A DNA stretch of 64,000 nucleotides, taken from an uncultured virus (IMG/VR IMGVR_UViG_3300046003_003079) (lineage: Duplodnaviria; Heunggongvirae; Uroviricota; Caudoviricetes; Crassvirales). The DNA lies in IMG/VR virus record IMGVR_UViG_3300046003_003079. The stretch is one strand, 5' to 3'. Below the pieces are notes generated by a model. It searched no databases and was not told the DNA's origin. It was given only the letters and a program-made list of their open reading frames with translations. This document shows, one piece after another, positions 39,201 to 49,700 of the stretch (within the stretch, counting starts at the first letter, position 1; every line of letters starts with the position of its first letter). The position numbers and the translations under genes were made by a program.

Positions 39201-40134
39201 CAGAATATATGATGACTTTAATCAATCAACACTTGATTTTAGCGTTAGAGCATCATCAACTATCGATAACTACAAACAAGTAAGAAGCGATGCAAGCCTT
39301 TGTCATAGTGAGATATACAATGAAAATTCTCAATACAACAGACTTAATGAGTTCAATTTAAGTAATGCTAATTTCAAATACTTGGATAGAGAGTTTGGGT
39401 CTATACAAAAACTTTTCGCTAGAGATACCGATCTAATTGTTTTACAAGAAAACAAGATCAGTAAGGTTCTTTATGGTAAGAATATACTATCAGATTCGAT
39501 TGGAGGCGGACAAGTATCTTCAGTAAAAGAAGTATTTGGAACTCAGATAGCATTTAGCGGGGAATGGGGTATATCAAGGAATCCAGAATCTTTCTCTACA
39601 TGGGGAACTGATTCATTCTTTACAGATGCAAGAAGAGGAGTCGTACTGCAATTATCTGGTGATAGTGTATCTGAAATATCTTCTTTTGGAATGAGCGACT
39701 ATTTTAGAGACATAATGAAGGACAATCCTTTAACTCAAAAGATAGGAGCTTATGATCCGCATAATCATAAATACATACTAGGATTCAACGATCAAAGAGG
39801 TATTCCTTGTAACTTATCAATAAGCAGAAATTTACTGAAGGTGCCTAGTAATTCATTGGGGTATAATTTATTCTCAATAAATTCTGATTCGCCTTGGACA
39901 ATTACATTGCAAGATGAAGGATTTGGTACTAACTGGGTTGATGATTTTCCATCTTCTGGATTTGGAAGTCAGGTGATTAATGGGTCCGTATCCACAAATA
40001 CTACATTCTCAAATAGAAGAGTTACTTTTGTAATTGCTTATTGTGATGGAATGACGGAAACATTCATTCTTGAGCAATCAAAGGGTAGAAAAGGTAAGAT
40101 AATTTTAGCTGTATTTAACAAACAAGATAGATAA
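36244..40134 (+). CDS. Tail nozzle/'stabilization' protein, N-terminal major part
   Basis: Starts F..G.MNKDLDDRLVPQGYYRDAQN; later FGSIQKLFARDTDLIVLQENK and GISRNPESF, a beta-propeller nozzle-type pattern. Confidence 0.75.
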   Translation: MSEVKNTFVAGAMNKDLDDRLVPQGYYRDAQNINVDTSEGGSIGAAQNSLGNTITTDIATISGRSATGARTIGSVTYEAGGLIYWCVAGDFFDGIYEYNEETQTSVRVLQSNKANANTPSKLNFNKNYPITGINFVLGPDNNSFLYITDDYNPPRRINIKRAKSYNIDDDMIDIDIDVALNPPLYAPYIKLVSDPTTESDSMERKFLYFSYRWKYEDNQYSSIAPFSAVAFDPSNYFFDYGVGNNKSMLNKYNSVEIEFETGNQLVKEIQLIVRDSSGINVGIIETYSKDSIGISDNTSYKVVFNNNKIYASLPTDQVTRLFDNVPLLAKAQDIVGNRLTYGNYTQFRNITNSNGDEIKIDFTLNLVSESVTVSEPKQTWKSGRDYEAGLVYLDEKGRMTTVLTSINNTLSIPLSNTNSANTIKLKINSAPPSWATHYRIFIKQSKRGYYNVFPVLYYAYGTYRYFLINQSDVDKFKTGDYITFKNDGSGPATTFKKYKILAAENRVSDFIGGNGITEISGFYIKIKVNSQTEFPAGAQAVYQHNEANMDPSVGIQLITDGTKLAEQPIHYGTGDPNAMTLFSNIYYGNNDYRVYIEIQSQSTFRYTLDRTLSGSWVEGNAIVAGPITIQFLDAIFFIQFDISSTLTIGDRWVVNLRTNPSLTQYTNYYGGLGTTGLINQGIARAGSIVTSEWVDSSTGDKPIQTGATIRITCIDDAGGQPYTNTQSFSSDATYVNIEEWFNESGAWQEFVSYNAQGTAVYSQPVNFRRGIYFNDDSGGFLRRTVKQNSGFNNDLTTTLSSPVHMIIMGYGAVSNNGGYVHRVEYKLEIYQTDEQIAFETIPSESSDEIFHELHETYPIKNGNHLVMWDYDDYQFAAGNKTRLTQLDKRRPHYYNVGDEISVVSDNTLLMPSGNYTILAIEDRYSVILDFTFPTSGPVTGGKIKYQISDEQDQTSSFTPAIIEINKPYSDNSDFNAWTFGNGLESDRIYDDFNQSTLDFSVRASSTIDNYKQVRSDASLCHSEIYNENSQYNRLNEFNLSNANFKYLDREFGSIQKLFARDTDLIVLQENKISKVLYGKNILSDSIGGGQVSSVKEVFGTQIAFSGEWGISRNPESFSTWGTDSFFTDARRGVVLQLSGDSVSEISSFGMSDYFRDIMKDNPLTQKIGAYDPHNHKYILGFNDQRGIPCNLSISRNLLKVPSNSLGYNLFSINSDSPWTITLQDEGFGTNWVDDFPSSGFGSQVINGSVSTNTTFSNRRVTFVIAYCDGMTETFILEQSKGRKGKIILAVFNKQDR

Positions 40135-43001
40135 TGAAATTAAATCAATCATTCACAGTTGACGGAGGAACACAATATTCTATAGATGATATAGATACAA
40201 GTGATTTCGGTGTAGCTTTATTCGATATGAAATCAGGCATAGGCGGTGTGGATTACATGCCAGCTGATGGAGACGAAGTGCTTATGATAACAGGATATGC
40301 TGGACTATCTCCAAAAGGTAATTTATCTTTTGAGCCATCAATGAATGACAAGGCGTATTATCTAGTCTCTAACATTGAATACACATCTGCAGACAAGGAT
40401 ACAATAATATCACTAGCTACAGAGGTGCCATTATCATATGCAGTGGTAGATTTTGTTGGCAGATACCAAGGATCGTTCATCTTTAATAATCCATATAATC
40501 ATGAATATTTATATTTGATATGGGATTACAACGATAATTTAGATGAAGGATCAATATCATACGCTGGAAACGCTACAAACAGAGTTGTATCAGCTGATTT
40601 AACTACAGATATCGGAAGTGCAGGTATTGACTATGTAATTCCAAATGTTCCAGTAAGGATTCAGATAAAATGGAACGGAAACATCGTAACAGATACTAAA
40701 TACGTTGGTTTAAACAGCAATGCTAATTACACAAATCTAATAGCAGCTGGAATTGATCCAGATGATATAGGACTGGTATATCCATATGACGGATTAGTTA
40801 ATAATGGAACTGGCTCATCTATATTTAGAAAACACATATCGCTTCAAGATGCTGATGTAATTATATCTGCACCATTAAGCAGCTCTGTTTTCTTTATAGA
40901 ACAGAGAGATACCAATATGAGAAGAGTCTATACCGACAATACTTCTGGCACAAGATCAAATGTATGCTCTCAAATACCAAATGACATGGTGTTTCATGAC
41001 GGGTCAACTACTCTTCCTATAAACGGGGACAGAATTTACACAGACGGAACAGGATCTGCTGTTTTTAATGGCGATAATGCTTACCACTTAATAAGCGAAA
41101 CATCTTTAGGCGCAGCTCCCGTGAGTGGAGGCACTTGGTATCTAATATCAAAGGATGGATATGTATTACAACATGGCAGTTGCGATTGCGATCAGTATGC
41201 ATCACCTCTTATTTTTCAAGAAGATTTATTTTTAACAAAAAACACTGCGGTTGATATTGAAATCCAATCGACAGGCACTCCAACTGAATTCACAGTCATA
41301 ACTGATTGCGATGAATACAACCTAACTGGAGGTACAAGCGGATCAATATTCACAATTACCACGTGCGATGGAGTTGCAAAGAATGTGACTATAAATAGAA
41401 ACTTGAATGCCAATTACCAGTCAACATCTACTCCAGTATTAATTGGAGGAAATGGCACTTTTTCATTAACTGGCCCATCTACATATAGATCACTTCCATT
41501 AGGACTTGCTATTTCCAATGGTAGAATACAAGGTACCCCTCAAGATACATGTAGTTATTCATTAACACTTACGGCTACGAATTGTTTTGGAACTGGAGAT
41601 CCTAAAACAATTGCAATATCAGTTGAGACAGGAATTCAACTAACTCCATTTTTAATTGATACAGAGAACTTTGGAGATACAGGAGATGACGCATGCGCGT
41701 TAAGCCCTATTTACACTGTTCTGTATCATAACGGTATTGGTAGAGTTCCAGATACTGGCGATCATGTATTCAAGGATGATAAAGGAGCTGAACCATTAAT
41801 GGGAGGTGATAGATGGTATAATATCGATCCATCTTCATATAGCATAAAAGTAAATCATGTAGGAAAAGTCTGCTCTAAGAATGAATGTCCTTCTAGCACA
41901 ACCACTACGACTACTACAACATCAACAACCACTACAACTACATTACCAACAGGAGACTGGTTTAATGCTGAGATGTGTACGAATACAGACATAACTGCTG
42001 TTTTGTTCGATGTAACTGCTGGAACAATAACAGTTGGTGATATTGTAAAAACAACAGATGGTAACTGCTGGGAGATATTAAGTACAACTACTGGATCATA
42101 TCCTTACAAGTCTATAGAAAATCCAGTGGGGACATATACCGATTGTGCTGATTGCGTCGGAGCAACTACTACCACAACTACCACAACTACCACAACAGCA
42201 GCTCCAATTACATCGTTTACGATACTTAACACTCCATATCCTTCATCATATGAAGCATGTGCAGGAGGAACGCCAGCAACAACTGTTTATCATAATGGGG
42301 CAGGTGCAGAGCCAGCAATTGGAGATTTTGTATTTACTGACGCTGGAGGAACAATTACTTTTGACGGAGGAGCATCTTGGTATAAAACATCTGGAGGGTT
42401 ATCAATTCAAATATCAAGACTTACTGGTCAGGTATTGAATTCGATTGGTTGCTCAACAACGACAACGACAACGACAACGACAATACCAACGTTCTACTAT
42501 TCAGCACTTGAATGTGGGTCAGCTGGTCCTGCAGTTAAGTTGAGTCAACTATCATTTGATGAATTAGCAGCTGGAGTAGTTGTGAAAGCTGCAAATGGAA
42601 CTTGCTATACAATTCAATCCACAACAACTGGGCCAGCTATAAGCAATATTCTATTTACCTATGAGAACTGTGTTGATTGTCAAGGAGTAACTACTACCAC
42701 AACTACGACTACGACTACGACCAGCACGACAACAACAAGCACGACAACAACAACTACTACCACGGCAGTTCCGTTGATCAAAGTATTAGTTAGATTTGGA
42801 ACAGATACCACAGTATGTTCTGGAACAATATTGGAACAGTGGATTGACGGAGCATTAGGAGTAAGTGGTAATAATATCTATAAAAATGCTGACGGATCAA
42901 TTACTTCTGATGCTGGGTATTATAAGTTGCTTAATTCATCTATTGCGTATGAATGGAATGGAACCGATTGGACCGAAGTAGACAATGTAACATGCAGTTA
43001 A
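40134..43001 (+). CDS. Tail fibre/spike-like protein with Cys-containing repeated modules and four poly-Thr linkers
   Basis: Repeated YHNG...P..GD.VF.D..G modules, CxxC modules, Ig-like segment; Thr tracts of about 9-25 residues at ~41898, 42164, 42456 and 42690. Confidence 0.7.
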   Translation: MKLNQSFTVDGGTQYSIDDIDTSDFGVALFDMKSGIGGVDYMPADGDEVLMITGYAGLSPKGNLSFEPSMNDKAYYLVSNIEYTSADKDTIISLATEVPLSYAVVDFVGRYQGSFIFNNPYNHEYLYLIWDYNDNLDEGSISYAGNATNRVVSADLTTDIGSAGIDYVIPNVPVRIQIKWNGNIVTDTKYVGLNSNANYTNLIAAGIDPDDIGLVYPYDGLVNNGTGSSIFRKHISLQDADVIISAPLSSSVFFIEQRDTNMRRVYTDNTSGTRSNVCSQIPNDMVFHDGSTTLPINGDRIYTDGTGSAVFNGDNAYHLISETSLGAAPVSGGTWYLISKDGYVLQHGSCDCDQYASPLIFQEDLFLTKNTAVDIEIQSTGTPTEFTVITDCDEYNLTGGTSGSIFTITTCDGVAKNVTINRNLNANYQSTSTPVLIGGNGTFSLTGPSTYRSLPLGLAISNGRIQGTPQDTCSYSLTLTATNCFGTGDPKTIAISVETGIQLTPFLIDTENFGDTGDDACALSPIYTVLYHNGIGRVPDTGDHVFKDDKGAEPLMGGDRWYNIDPSSYSIKVNHVGKVCSKNECPSSTTTTTTTTSTTTTTTLPTGDWFNAEMCTNTDITAVLFDVTAGTITVGDIVKTTDGNCWEILSTTTGSYPYKSIENPVGTYTDCADCVGATTTTTTTTTTTAAPITSFTILNTPYPSSYEACAGGTPATTVYHNGAGAEPAIGDFVFTDAGGTITFDGGASWYKTSGGLSIQISRLTGQVLNSIGCSTTTTTTTTTIPTFYYSALECGSAGPAVKLSQLSFDELAAGVVVKAANGTCYTIQSTTTGPAISNILFTYENCVDCQGVTTTTTTTTTTTSTTTTSTTTTTTTTAVPLIKVLVRFGTDTTVCSGTILEQWIDGALGVSGNNIYKNADGSITSDAGYYKLLNSSIAYEWNGTDWTEVDNVTCS

Positions 43002-43909
43002 AATTTATAAACGCTCAACCTGCTACCGATTATTACGCGTGGCAGGTTGAGGTTGCAATTACTCAATTCATCAGGCTTGGATATAATCCAGAAGATATTC
43101 ATGTGATTGGAGGATACACAGATTCAGTTCCTGATAGCTGGGTTAAGTTGCAGAAAAAGTTTGATAATGTTAAAATCTTAACATATAAGCATGATCTTGT
43201 TAATTTAGAATATCAACCAGCAATCCAATCGGCACTGCTTAAAATGCATTGGGATGCTCATCCATACTTAAGGGATTGCGCGATATTTTTCCATGACGCA
43301 GATTTTGTATTGACCAAGCATTTTAATTTTGATCCATTCCTAGATGACGACACTTGGCATTTTTCTGATACGATATCATACATCGGTGCCGACTACATAA
43401 AAAGCAAGAGTCCTTTAGTTCTTGATATAATGTGCCATACAGTAGGGATCAACAAGTCTACCGTCGAATCAAACCAGCAAAACTCTGGTGGTGCACAGAA
43501 ATTAATGAAGAATGTAAATAGTGCTTACTGGGAGGATGTATTTCATAATTCCATAAATCTATACGACGTATTAAAAAAAGTGTCTCACATCAAACAAGAA
43601 GGGGATGAATACGGTATACAGGTGTGGACTGCTAGTATGTGGGCTGAACTATGGACCGCATGGAAGTGCGGGTACAAAATAAACGTACCTAAAGAATTTG
43701 ATTTTGCATGGGCGACATGCAATTCAAAGAAATGGGATTCATTGGCATTCTTCCATAACGCTGGAGTTCCCAATTCTAGTTCTGGAATGTTCTTTAAGGC
43801 TCAATACATAGACAAGTATCCATTCAGTGAAGTGCTTGATTTAGACAAGAATAGATGCTCTAGTAGGTACTTTGATCTAATCAAATCAATAGATAGTTGT
43901 TTAATTTAG
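42992..43909 (+). CDS. Putative GT-A glycosyltransferase (resembles peptidyl Ser/Hyp O-glycosyltransferases)
   Basis: YYAWQ near the N-terminus, DxD motif FFHDADF, W..SMWA and FFHNAG; start MQLKF at 42992 overlaps the Thr-rich gene. Confidence 0.65.
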   Translation: MQLKFINAQPATDYYAWQVEVAITQFIRLGYNPEDIHVIGGYTDSVPDSWVKLQKKFDNVKILTYKHDLVNLEYQPAIQSALLKMHWDAHPYLRDCAIFFHDADFVLTKHFNFDPFLDDDTWHFSDTISYIGADYIKSKSPLVLDIMCHTVGINKSTVESNQQNSGGAQKLMKNVNSAYWEDVFHNSINLYDVLKKVSHIKQEGDEYGIQVWTASMWAELWTAWKCGYKINVPKEFDFAWATCNSKKWDSLAFFHNAGVPNSSSGMFFKAQYIDKYPFSEVLDLDKNRCSSRYFDLIKSIDSCLI

Positions 43910-43921
43910 TATCTTTGCATT

Positions 43922-44647
43922 ATGTCTGAAGTAACAGTTTCATATTCACCTCAAAGTTCTGGATGGACTTCATTCTGGTCCTATAAGCCAGACTGGATGA
44001 TCGGTATGAATAATTCTTTCTATACTTGGAAAGAAGGTAGTCTGTATAAGCATGATACTAATTCGGCTAGAAATAGATTCTATGGTTCTGATAATGAGTC
44101 ATCTATAACTACAATACTAAATCAAGATCCAACTACAAGCAAGATGTTTAAAACATTATATCTTGATAGTAATGTATCTTGGGATGCACAAGTGAATACA
44201 GATTTAAATGCTGGGGAGATTGTTTCTTCTTCTTTCAACGAGAAGGAAGGAATGTGGTACGGCTACATTAGAAGAAATGATGGAGACCTTGATCACAGAG
44301 CAATATCAACGCAAGGGATTGGAGAAGTAGATTCATTTGCATCAAACATATTAACATTTAGTTTTAGACTAAATACATCAGTAAGTCAGGGGGATTCCTT
44401 ATACAAGGTAGTGGGCGGAGCATTAACTTTAATTGGTGTAGTTGCATCGCATAACACAACAACCATAACACTCGTGTCGACGATATCCGCCCCTTCCTCT
44501 GGCGACTTAATTGTATATGTAAAAGATAGTGTTGCTGAGTCATATGGAACTCGCGGAGACTTTTTAACGGTTACACTTACCAATGCTTCAGCCAATAATG
44601 TAGAAATATTTGAAGTTGGAGCTAGCGTTTTTAAATCTTTTCCTTGA
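43922..44647 (+). CDS. Tail protein resembling the C-terminal part of nozzle/stabilization proteins
   Basis: VSYS....GWTSFWSYKP...MNNSFYTWKEG.LYKH, NQDP...KMFKTL and EKEGMWYG motifs. Confidence 0.6.
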   Translation: MSEVTVSYSPQSSGWTSFWSYKPDWMIGMNNSFYTWKEGSLYKHDTNSARNRFYGSDNESSITTILNQDPTTSKMFKTLYLDSNVSWDAQVNTDLNAGEIVSSSFNEKEGMWYGYIRRNDGDLDHRAISTQGIGEVDSFASNILTFSFRLNTSVSQGDSLYKVVGGALTLIGVVASHNTTTITLVSTISAPSSGDLIVYVKDSVAESYGTRGDFLTVTLTNASANNVEIFEVGASVFKSFP

Positions 44648-44695
44648 TAATTAAGTAAAAATAACTATCTTTGCTAAATATAACTCAGCAAGAAA

Positions 44696-45265
44696 ATGAT
44701 AGGAGCAATTATAGGCGGACTTTCTGCAGTGGCATCTGGCATCTCAGCCATAAAGAACATGAATGATGCGAAGAGAGCAGATGAGTCAGCAAAGAATTTC
44801 ACAAATAAATTAATGAATCTTCAAGAACAGAACGCTTACAAGGGCCTTCAAGTTCCAGACATTCAAAAATTACAGCAAGACTATATAAACAGATCGCAAA
44901 CTCAAAGTGTTGATGCCCTTCAATCTGGAGGTGCTGAAGCAGTACTTGGGGGTGTACCAATGGTAAACCAAAACGCTATCGATGCTGGAGCAAAAGCTAC
45001 GCAAGATCAAGCTATATTGATGAGTGAAAGAGATCAGCAAATAGCTCAGTCACAACAAGGAATCAATGAAAGACAAGCTCTAAGACAAGGAGAGGTGTTA
45101 GCGTCACAAGCTACTGGTGCTGGTTTATCTGCTGCAAATTCAAGAACAAATGCAAACAATGCAGTTACTGGAATGTTCTCAAGTCTTGGAGGTGTAGCTA
45201 CTGATGTTATGGATAATGAGAATTATGAGAGATGGTTAGCTGAACAACAAAATAAGAAAGTGTAA
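44696..45265 (+). CDS. Internal virion/ejection protein (putative)
   Basis: N-terminal GAIIGGLSAVASG, Gln/Ala-rich helical body; position. Confidence 0.6.
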   Translation: MIGAIIGGLSAVASGISAIKNMNDAKRADESAKNFTNKLMNLQEQNAYKGLQVPDIQKLQQDYINRSQTQSVDALQSGGAEAVLGGVPMVNQNAIDAGAKATQDQAILMSERDQQIAQSQQGINERQALRQGEVLASQATGAGLSAANSRTNANNAVTGMFSSLGGVATDVMDNENYERWLAEQQNKKV

Positions 45266-46731
45266 TGCCAGAATATTACGGATATACGCCAACGAAGGCG
45301 ATAGATTGGTCTAGCATCGGCAAAGGACTGTCTGATACTTTTAGCGATATAAAAGTAAATAGGGAGGCACGCGCTGCAAAAAATGAAGAGATTTATCAAT
45401 CAGCTAAGAAATCAGTAGATAGTTTAGATACAATGAAAACTCAGTCTCTTGAGTCATTTGTTGGTTCAAGTGCTGATGAGGTTCGAAATAACCTACTTCA
45501 AGCCAATAAAGATTTAAAGGCAGGTAGAATTCATCCAAGAGACTATAGAAATCTAGTAAACAATATCAATTCCTCTTGGGGTACATTTGCAACTACAGCC
45601 AAAACTCTTGATGAAAGAGTAATGTCGGCTATGCAAAGACAACAAACAGGAGAAGATGGAACTCCTCCGCCAGCTTCTACATTTGAGATGTTCAATATGA
45701 AGCAAGCTTTGTCAATGAAAGATCTTGCTAATAAAAAAGTAAAAGTAAGTGGTAACGGAGATTTGATTATGTATGATCAAAATGATCCATCCAATGAAAT
45801 AAACTTGCGAACTATTGGTAACATTGAAGAGCTGGTTGATAACAGAGTTAATGTAAACAAAGCAGTCCAAGCAAATGTTGAAAACTGGAGTGAGTATATT
45901 CGTCAAAATGTTACTGGTGGAGGTAGAGAAAAAATGATTGAAGACTTAACTCAGAGTCCTTATTTCAAAGAGACTGAGTACGACTTAATTAATTCAATCG
46001 CCAATCCAAATAATCCAAGAGCGATTACATCAATCTTACTTGACAACTCTGATAACGGATATGTATTATTCAAGAGTGAAGGGGAAAAGAACGGACTTAT
46101 TGTTGATGCGATTAGACGAAAAGAATCTATCGACGGTAAGGAGATGTCTGAGGATGATAGAAAGAAATATGCAGAGGAATATCTGAATAACAAAATGATT
46201 AAAGTAGCTACTGATGAGAATGGAAATTCACAGCCAGTCGTTACTGATAAAATGATCAAGGAAGCTCAAGATGTAGTTAAAGGTCAGATTAGATTGCAAT
46301 TGAAGAATTCAATGACTGAATCTAGAGGATTTGCTCCACAAAGCTATGGTGGATCTGGAGGAGGATCTGGAGCTGATAATGGTACAAATGATTATGCTGG
46401 GTACGAAGTAATCTATTCATCTTGGACTACTGGCAACATGGATAAGTTAAATGCTGCAAACCCAGATTATGAATTCAAAAGAGTTAGCCCTACTGAGATT
46501 GAGATATATAAACGAAAAGGCATTAATGTCAAAGGAGAGATTGTAGACCAACCAAAGAAAATAGCTAAAGTAACAAACGCTAGAGACTTGGCTCCATATA
46601 TATTTGGGGAAGGTGGTACTAAAGGAGCTAATGCATCATACCAAATGTTTGATGATCAGAAGAAAGCATTCAATGCTGCAGGAAAGGGAAGTAAAGGAAA
46701 TAATAACGATCCATTAGGATTAGGAATTTAA
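45265..46731 (+). CDS. Internal virion/ejection protein (putative)
   Basis: Helical 488-aa protein between tail genes and the giant ORF. Confidence 0.55.
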   Translation: MPEYYGYTPTKAIDWSSIGKGLSDTFSDIKVNREARAAKNEEIYQSAKKSVDSLDTMKTQSLESFVGSSADEVRNNLLQANKDLKAGRIHPRDYRNLVNNINSSWGTFATTAKTLDERVMSAMQRQQTGEDGTPPPASTFEMFNMKQALSMKDLANKKVKVSGNGDLIMYDQNDPSNEINLRTIGNIEELVDNRVNVNKAVQANVENWSEYIRQNVTGGGREKMIEDLTQSPYFKETEYDLINSIANPNNPRAITSILLDNSDNGYVLFKSEGEKNGLIVDAIRRKESIDGKEMSEDDRKKYAEEYLNNKMIKVATDENGNSQPVVTDKMIKEAQDVVKGQIRLQLKNSMTESRGFAPQSYGGSGGGSGADNGTNDYAGYEVIYSSWTTGNMDKLNAANPDYEFKRVSPTEIEIYKRKGINVKGEIVDQPKKIAKVTNARDLAPYIFGEGGTKGANASYQMFDDQKKAFNAAGKGSKGNNNDPLGLGI

Positions 46732-46742
46732 TATAATAAGTT

Positions 46743-49700
46743 ATGCCAGTTGATTATAAAGAATTTGCGAAGACAATAAAGGCTAAATATCCACAGTACA
46801 AAGATGCTGACGACTTGACTCTAGCTAAGAAGATGGTCGAAAAATTTCCAGAATACAAGGATAAGGTAACATTTGAGCCAGTAAAAAAAAAAGAAAAGTC
46901 GGAATCGGATTCTCAATCTGGGGCAAGTACTTCTTCTTCGGTTACGCCAAGCAAACAAATGCCTTCGCCTTCGGGTTCATCTGCTCAAGGATATGACCCA
47001 AACAAGAACCTATTAAAGGCAGATCAAATAGCTCCAAAGCAGGAGTCAGTTTCGCGGACACAGGTATTTACTGGATATCCAACAAAAGAAAAGAATGAAT
47101 ACCGAGTTCAAGATGGTATTTGGCAAAGAAGACAGCCGAACGAATCTGGATGGCAGAATGTATTAAATGAAGGATCAGTAAATGCCCTAAACAAGCAATT
47201 CAACCAAAAAGTTGCTTACAGTTCAGCTAAAGAAAAGTATATTGGGGTAACTTCAAGTAAGAAAGAAGTTATGGATAGCAAGCTTACCGCTATAAACTCA
47301 AAACTTATTGATAAGGCAGAGGATGAAGTTGTTCCTAAAATGAAGTCTTTATTTCCAGACTTTGATTTTGCTACAAGCGGAACACTTACTGATGAAATGA
47401 AGGTAATAGCACCGAATGGTAAGACGCACACTGTTTCACTGGATAATTTCACATACGATTCAGATAAGAATGAAGCTGTATTATTGCGTGAATTCTTAAG
47501 AGCAAATTCAAACGATGAGTTAAATGCAGCTCAAAAAGAATTGAATGAAGCTCAAAAAGAAGCGGCTGTATTCGATATTCCATTATTCCAACCAAGAATA
47601 ACGTTGGGTGAAGGTGATGAAAGAATTATCACAAACCCAGAAGATATAAAGCAAGCTCCAAAAGCTGAAGGTAATATAATGTCTGCAAATGTAAGGTTAG
47701 ATGCAGCTACGAAAGCCTATGCGAAAGAAACCGTACAGGCATTTGAAGATGTAATGGACCGACAAGTACAGGCTGGAAAAACATCTGGCAAACTAGATGA
47801 TGAGGAAGCAAGAGCAGCCTATGCAGTCCTAAATCATGATTGGAAAACTGTTAAGGCTTACAATGACTTTTCAGCAGACATGAAGTCATCTGCCGATGAA
47901 CTTACAAAGCAATTTACTGATTTTTCAACTTGGGTAGATGGAATAAATGCCAGAGTGAAGAATGGTGAAATTTCTAAAGAGCAGTATGAAAGTGAGTATC
48001 TTCCACAGATGCAATCTGGACAAGAAGCCTTGAGAGCTAAGGCGGTTGAGATCGATGCTGACATAAAGACATCAAACAATATGTACACATCAATCGAAAG
48101 GTCTTCTGCTGAAAACTTGGTGATACAAGAATCTAGAGGATCAATTGGTGGCGGTATTGCATACAATTTCACGAAAGGACTTACAGATATTGCTAGGCTG
48201 GCTTCTATGGGAGCTGTATCAAAAGATGCTCAAGAGGATATTGTTAGATCAATCGTAGGTCAAGGAACTACTGCTGAATATATGTCTTCAGATAAGAGAA
48301 ACGACTTAACTAAAGTATTATTTAGTTTGTCTCAAACTCTTGGGCAAGCAGCTACTGGAGGTGTTCTTGGTGGGGGCGCTTCAGCTGCGAGTAAGGCAGC
48401 ATCATTCGCCCCATTCTACGCTGGTAGTTACTATGAAATGAGAGATCAGTTTGATAGCCCAGAGTTTGCTGATGTATCAGATGCTCAGAAAATATTGTTT
48501 TCATCTCTTTATGGAACCGCATCAGCTGTACTTGAGAAATATGGTTTAACGAAATCCATAGCAAAGACACCTATGGGTCAAGGACTGACTAATAGAATAT
48601 TAAATTCAGCTATTAAAGGACTTCCAAAAGATGCTACTGAAACACAAGTGAGAGATGCTATTGAGAATAGCGTTATAAATAAGCTAAAGGAAGCTGGAGT
48701 CAGAACGGTGAGTGCTGCCGTAATAGAAGGATCAACTGAAGCAGCTCAATCAGCTACTCAAATAACATTAAAGGAAACTTTTGATTTACTAAATGATAAT
48801 AATTATTTTGATAACGGTACTGGTTGGGACATTGCTAAGCAAATCGCAACTGAAGCATACTTAGGTGCGATTGGCGGGGGAATGATGAGCGTGGCTTCTA
48901 GCGGAACTAGAATCATGGCTGATGGAATAAATAAATCGCTGAATAAAGGTCAGATGGAAATGCTTGATGCTATCTCTAAGTTAGATGGTATGGATGCTGC
49001 ATTTGATGCTCATTTAAAGAGTAAGGTTATTAGCGGTGAAATAACTCCAGCAGAGGCTTCAGAAATGAATAAATCATTCCGAGAAGTTAAGGCAAACATG
49101 GATAAAATCCCAACTGACATCTCAATCGAAAAGAAATCAGAAGCGTTCGATTTAATGATTGAAAGATCTAAGATTGAAAAAGAGATTGAAGGCAAGGAGG
49201 ATAACTTAGTTGTTGGTCAAAAGGAAAGAATTAAAGAAATCAATCTTTCATTACAAGAATTAAGTACTGCTAAAGCGGAACCAATAGAAGCTAACGACCA
49301 AGTTGACGTGCAAATTAACGACCAAGTTGTGGTTGATAAGCCAGTCATTGCAAAAAATGCAACTGTTGAGGTAGAAAGATTAAAAACATTAGCTCCAGAA
49401 GTTGAGGATGGCGCTACATTAAATCTAGACGGATCTAAATATGAAGGAGTTGGATTAGTGGTACCAGTTGATAGTATCAATACAACTACTGAAGAAATTA
49501 CTCCAGAAATGATTGCTGACTTTGTTGAGTCACGTCAAGAAATGATTGGAGATGCTGGAGTAGTAAAAGCTGGAGTATATAAATTCCCAAATAGTAATCA
49601 GGTATCTATCGATTTGTCAGTAGTCGTTCCAGAAACATCAAGAGAACAAGCAATTGAATTCGGGAAGTTGGCTGATCAAGAGTCCTTATTTGACTTAGGT

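Noticed and set aside
42453..42482. Phase-variable microsatellite (ACAACG)n
   Set aside because: The unit is 6 bp and in frame, so slippage changes only Thr-linker length, not expression.
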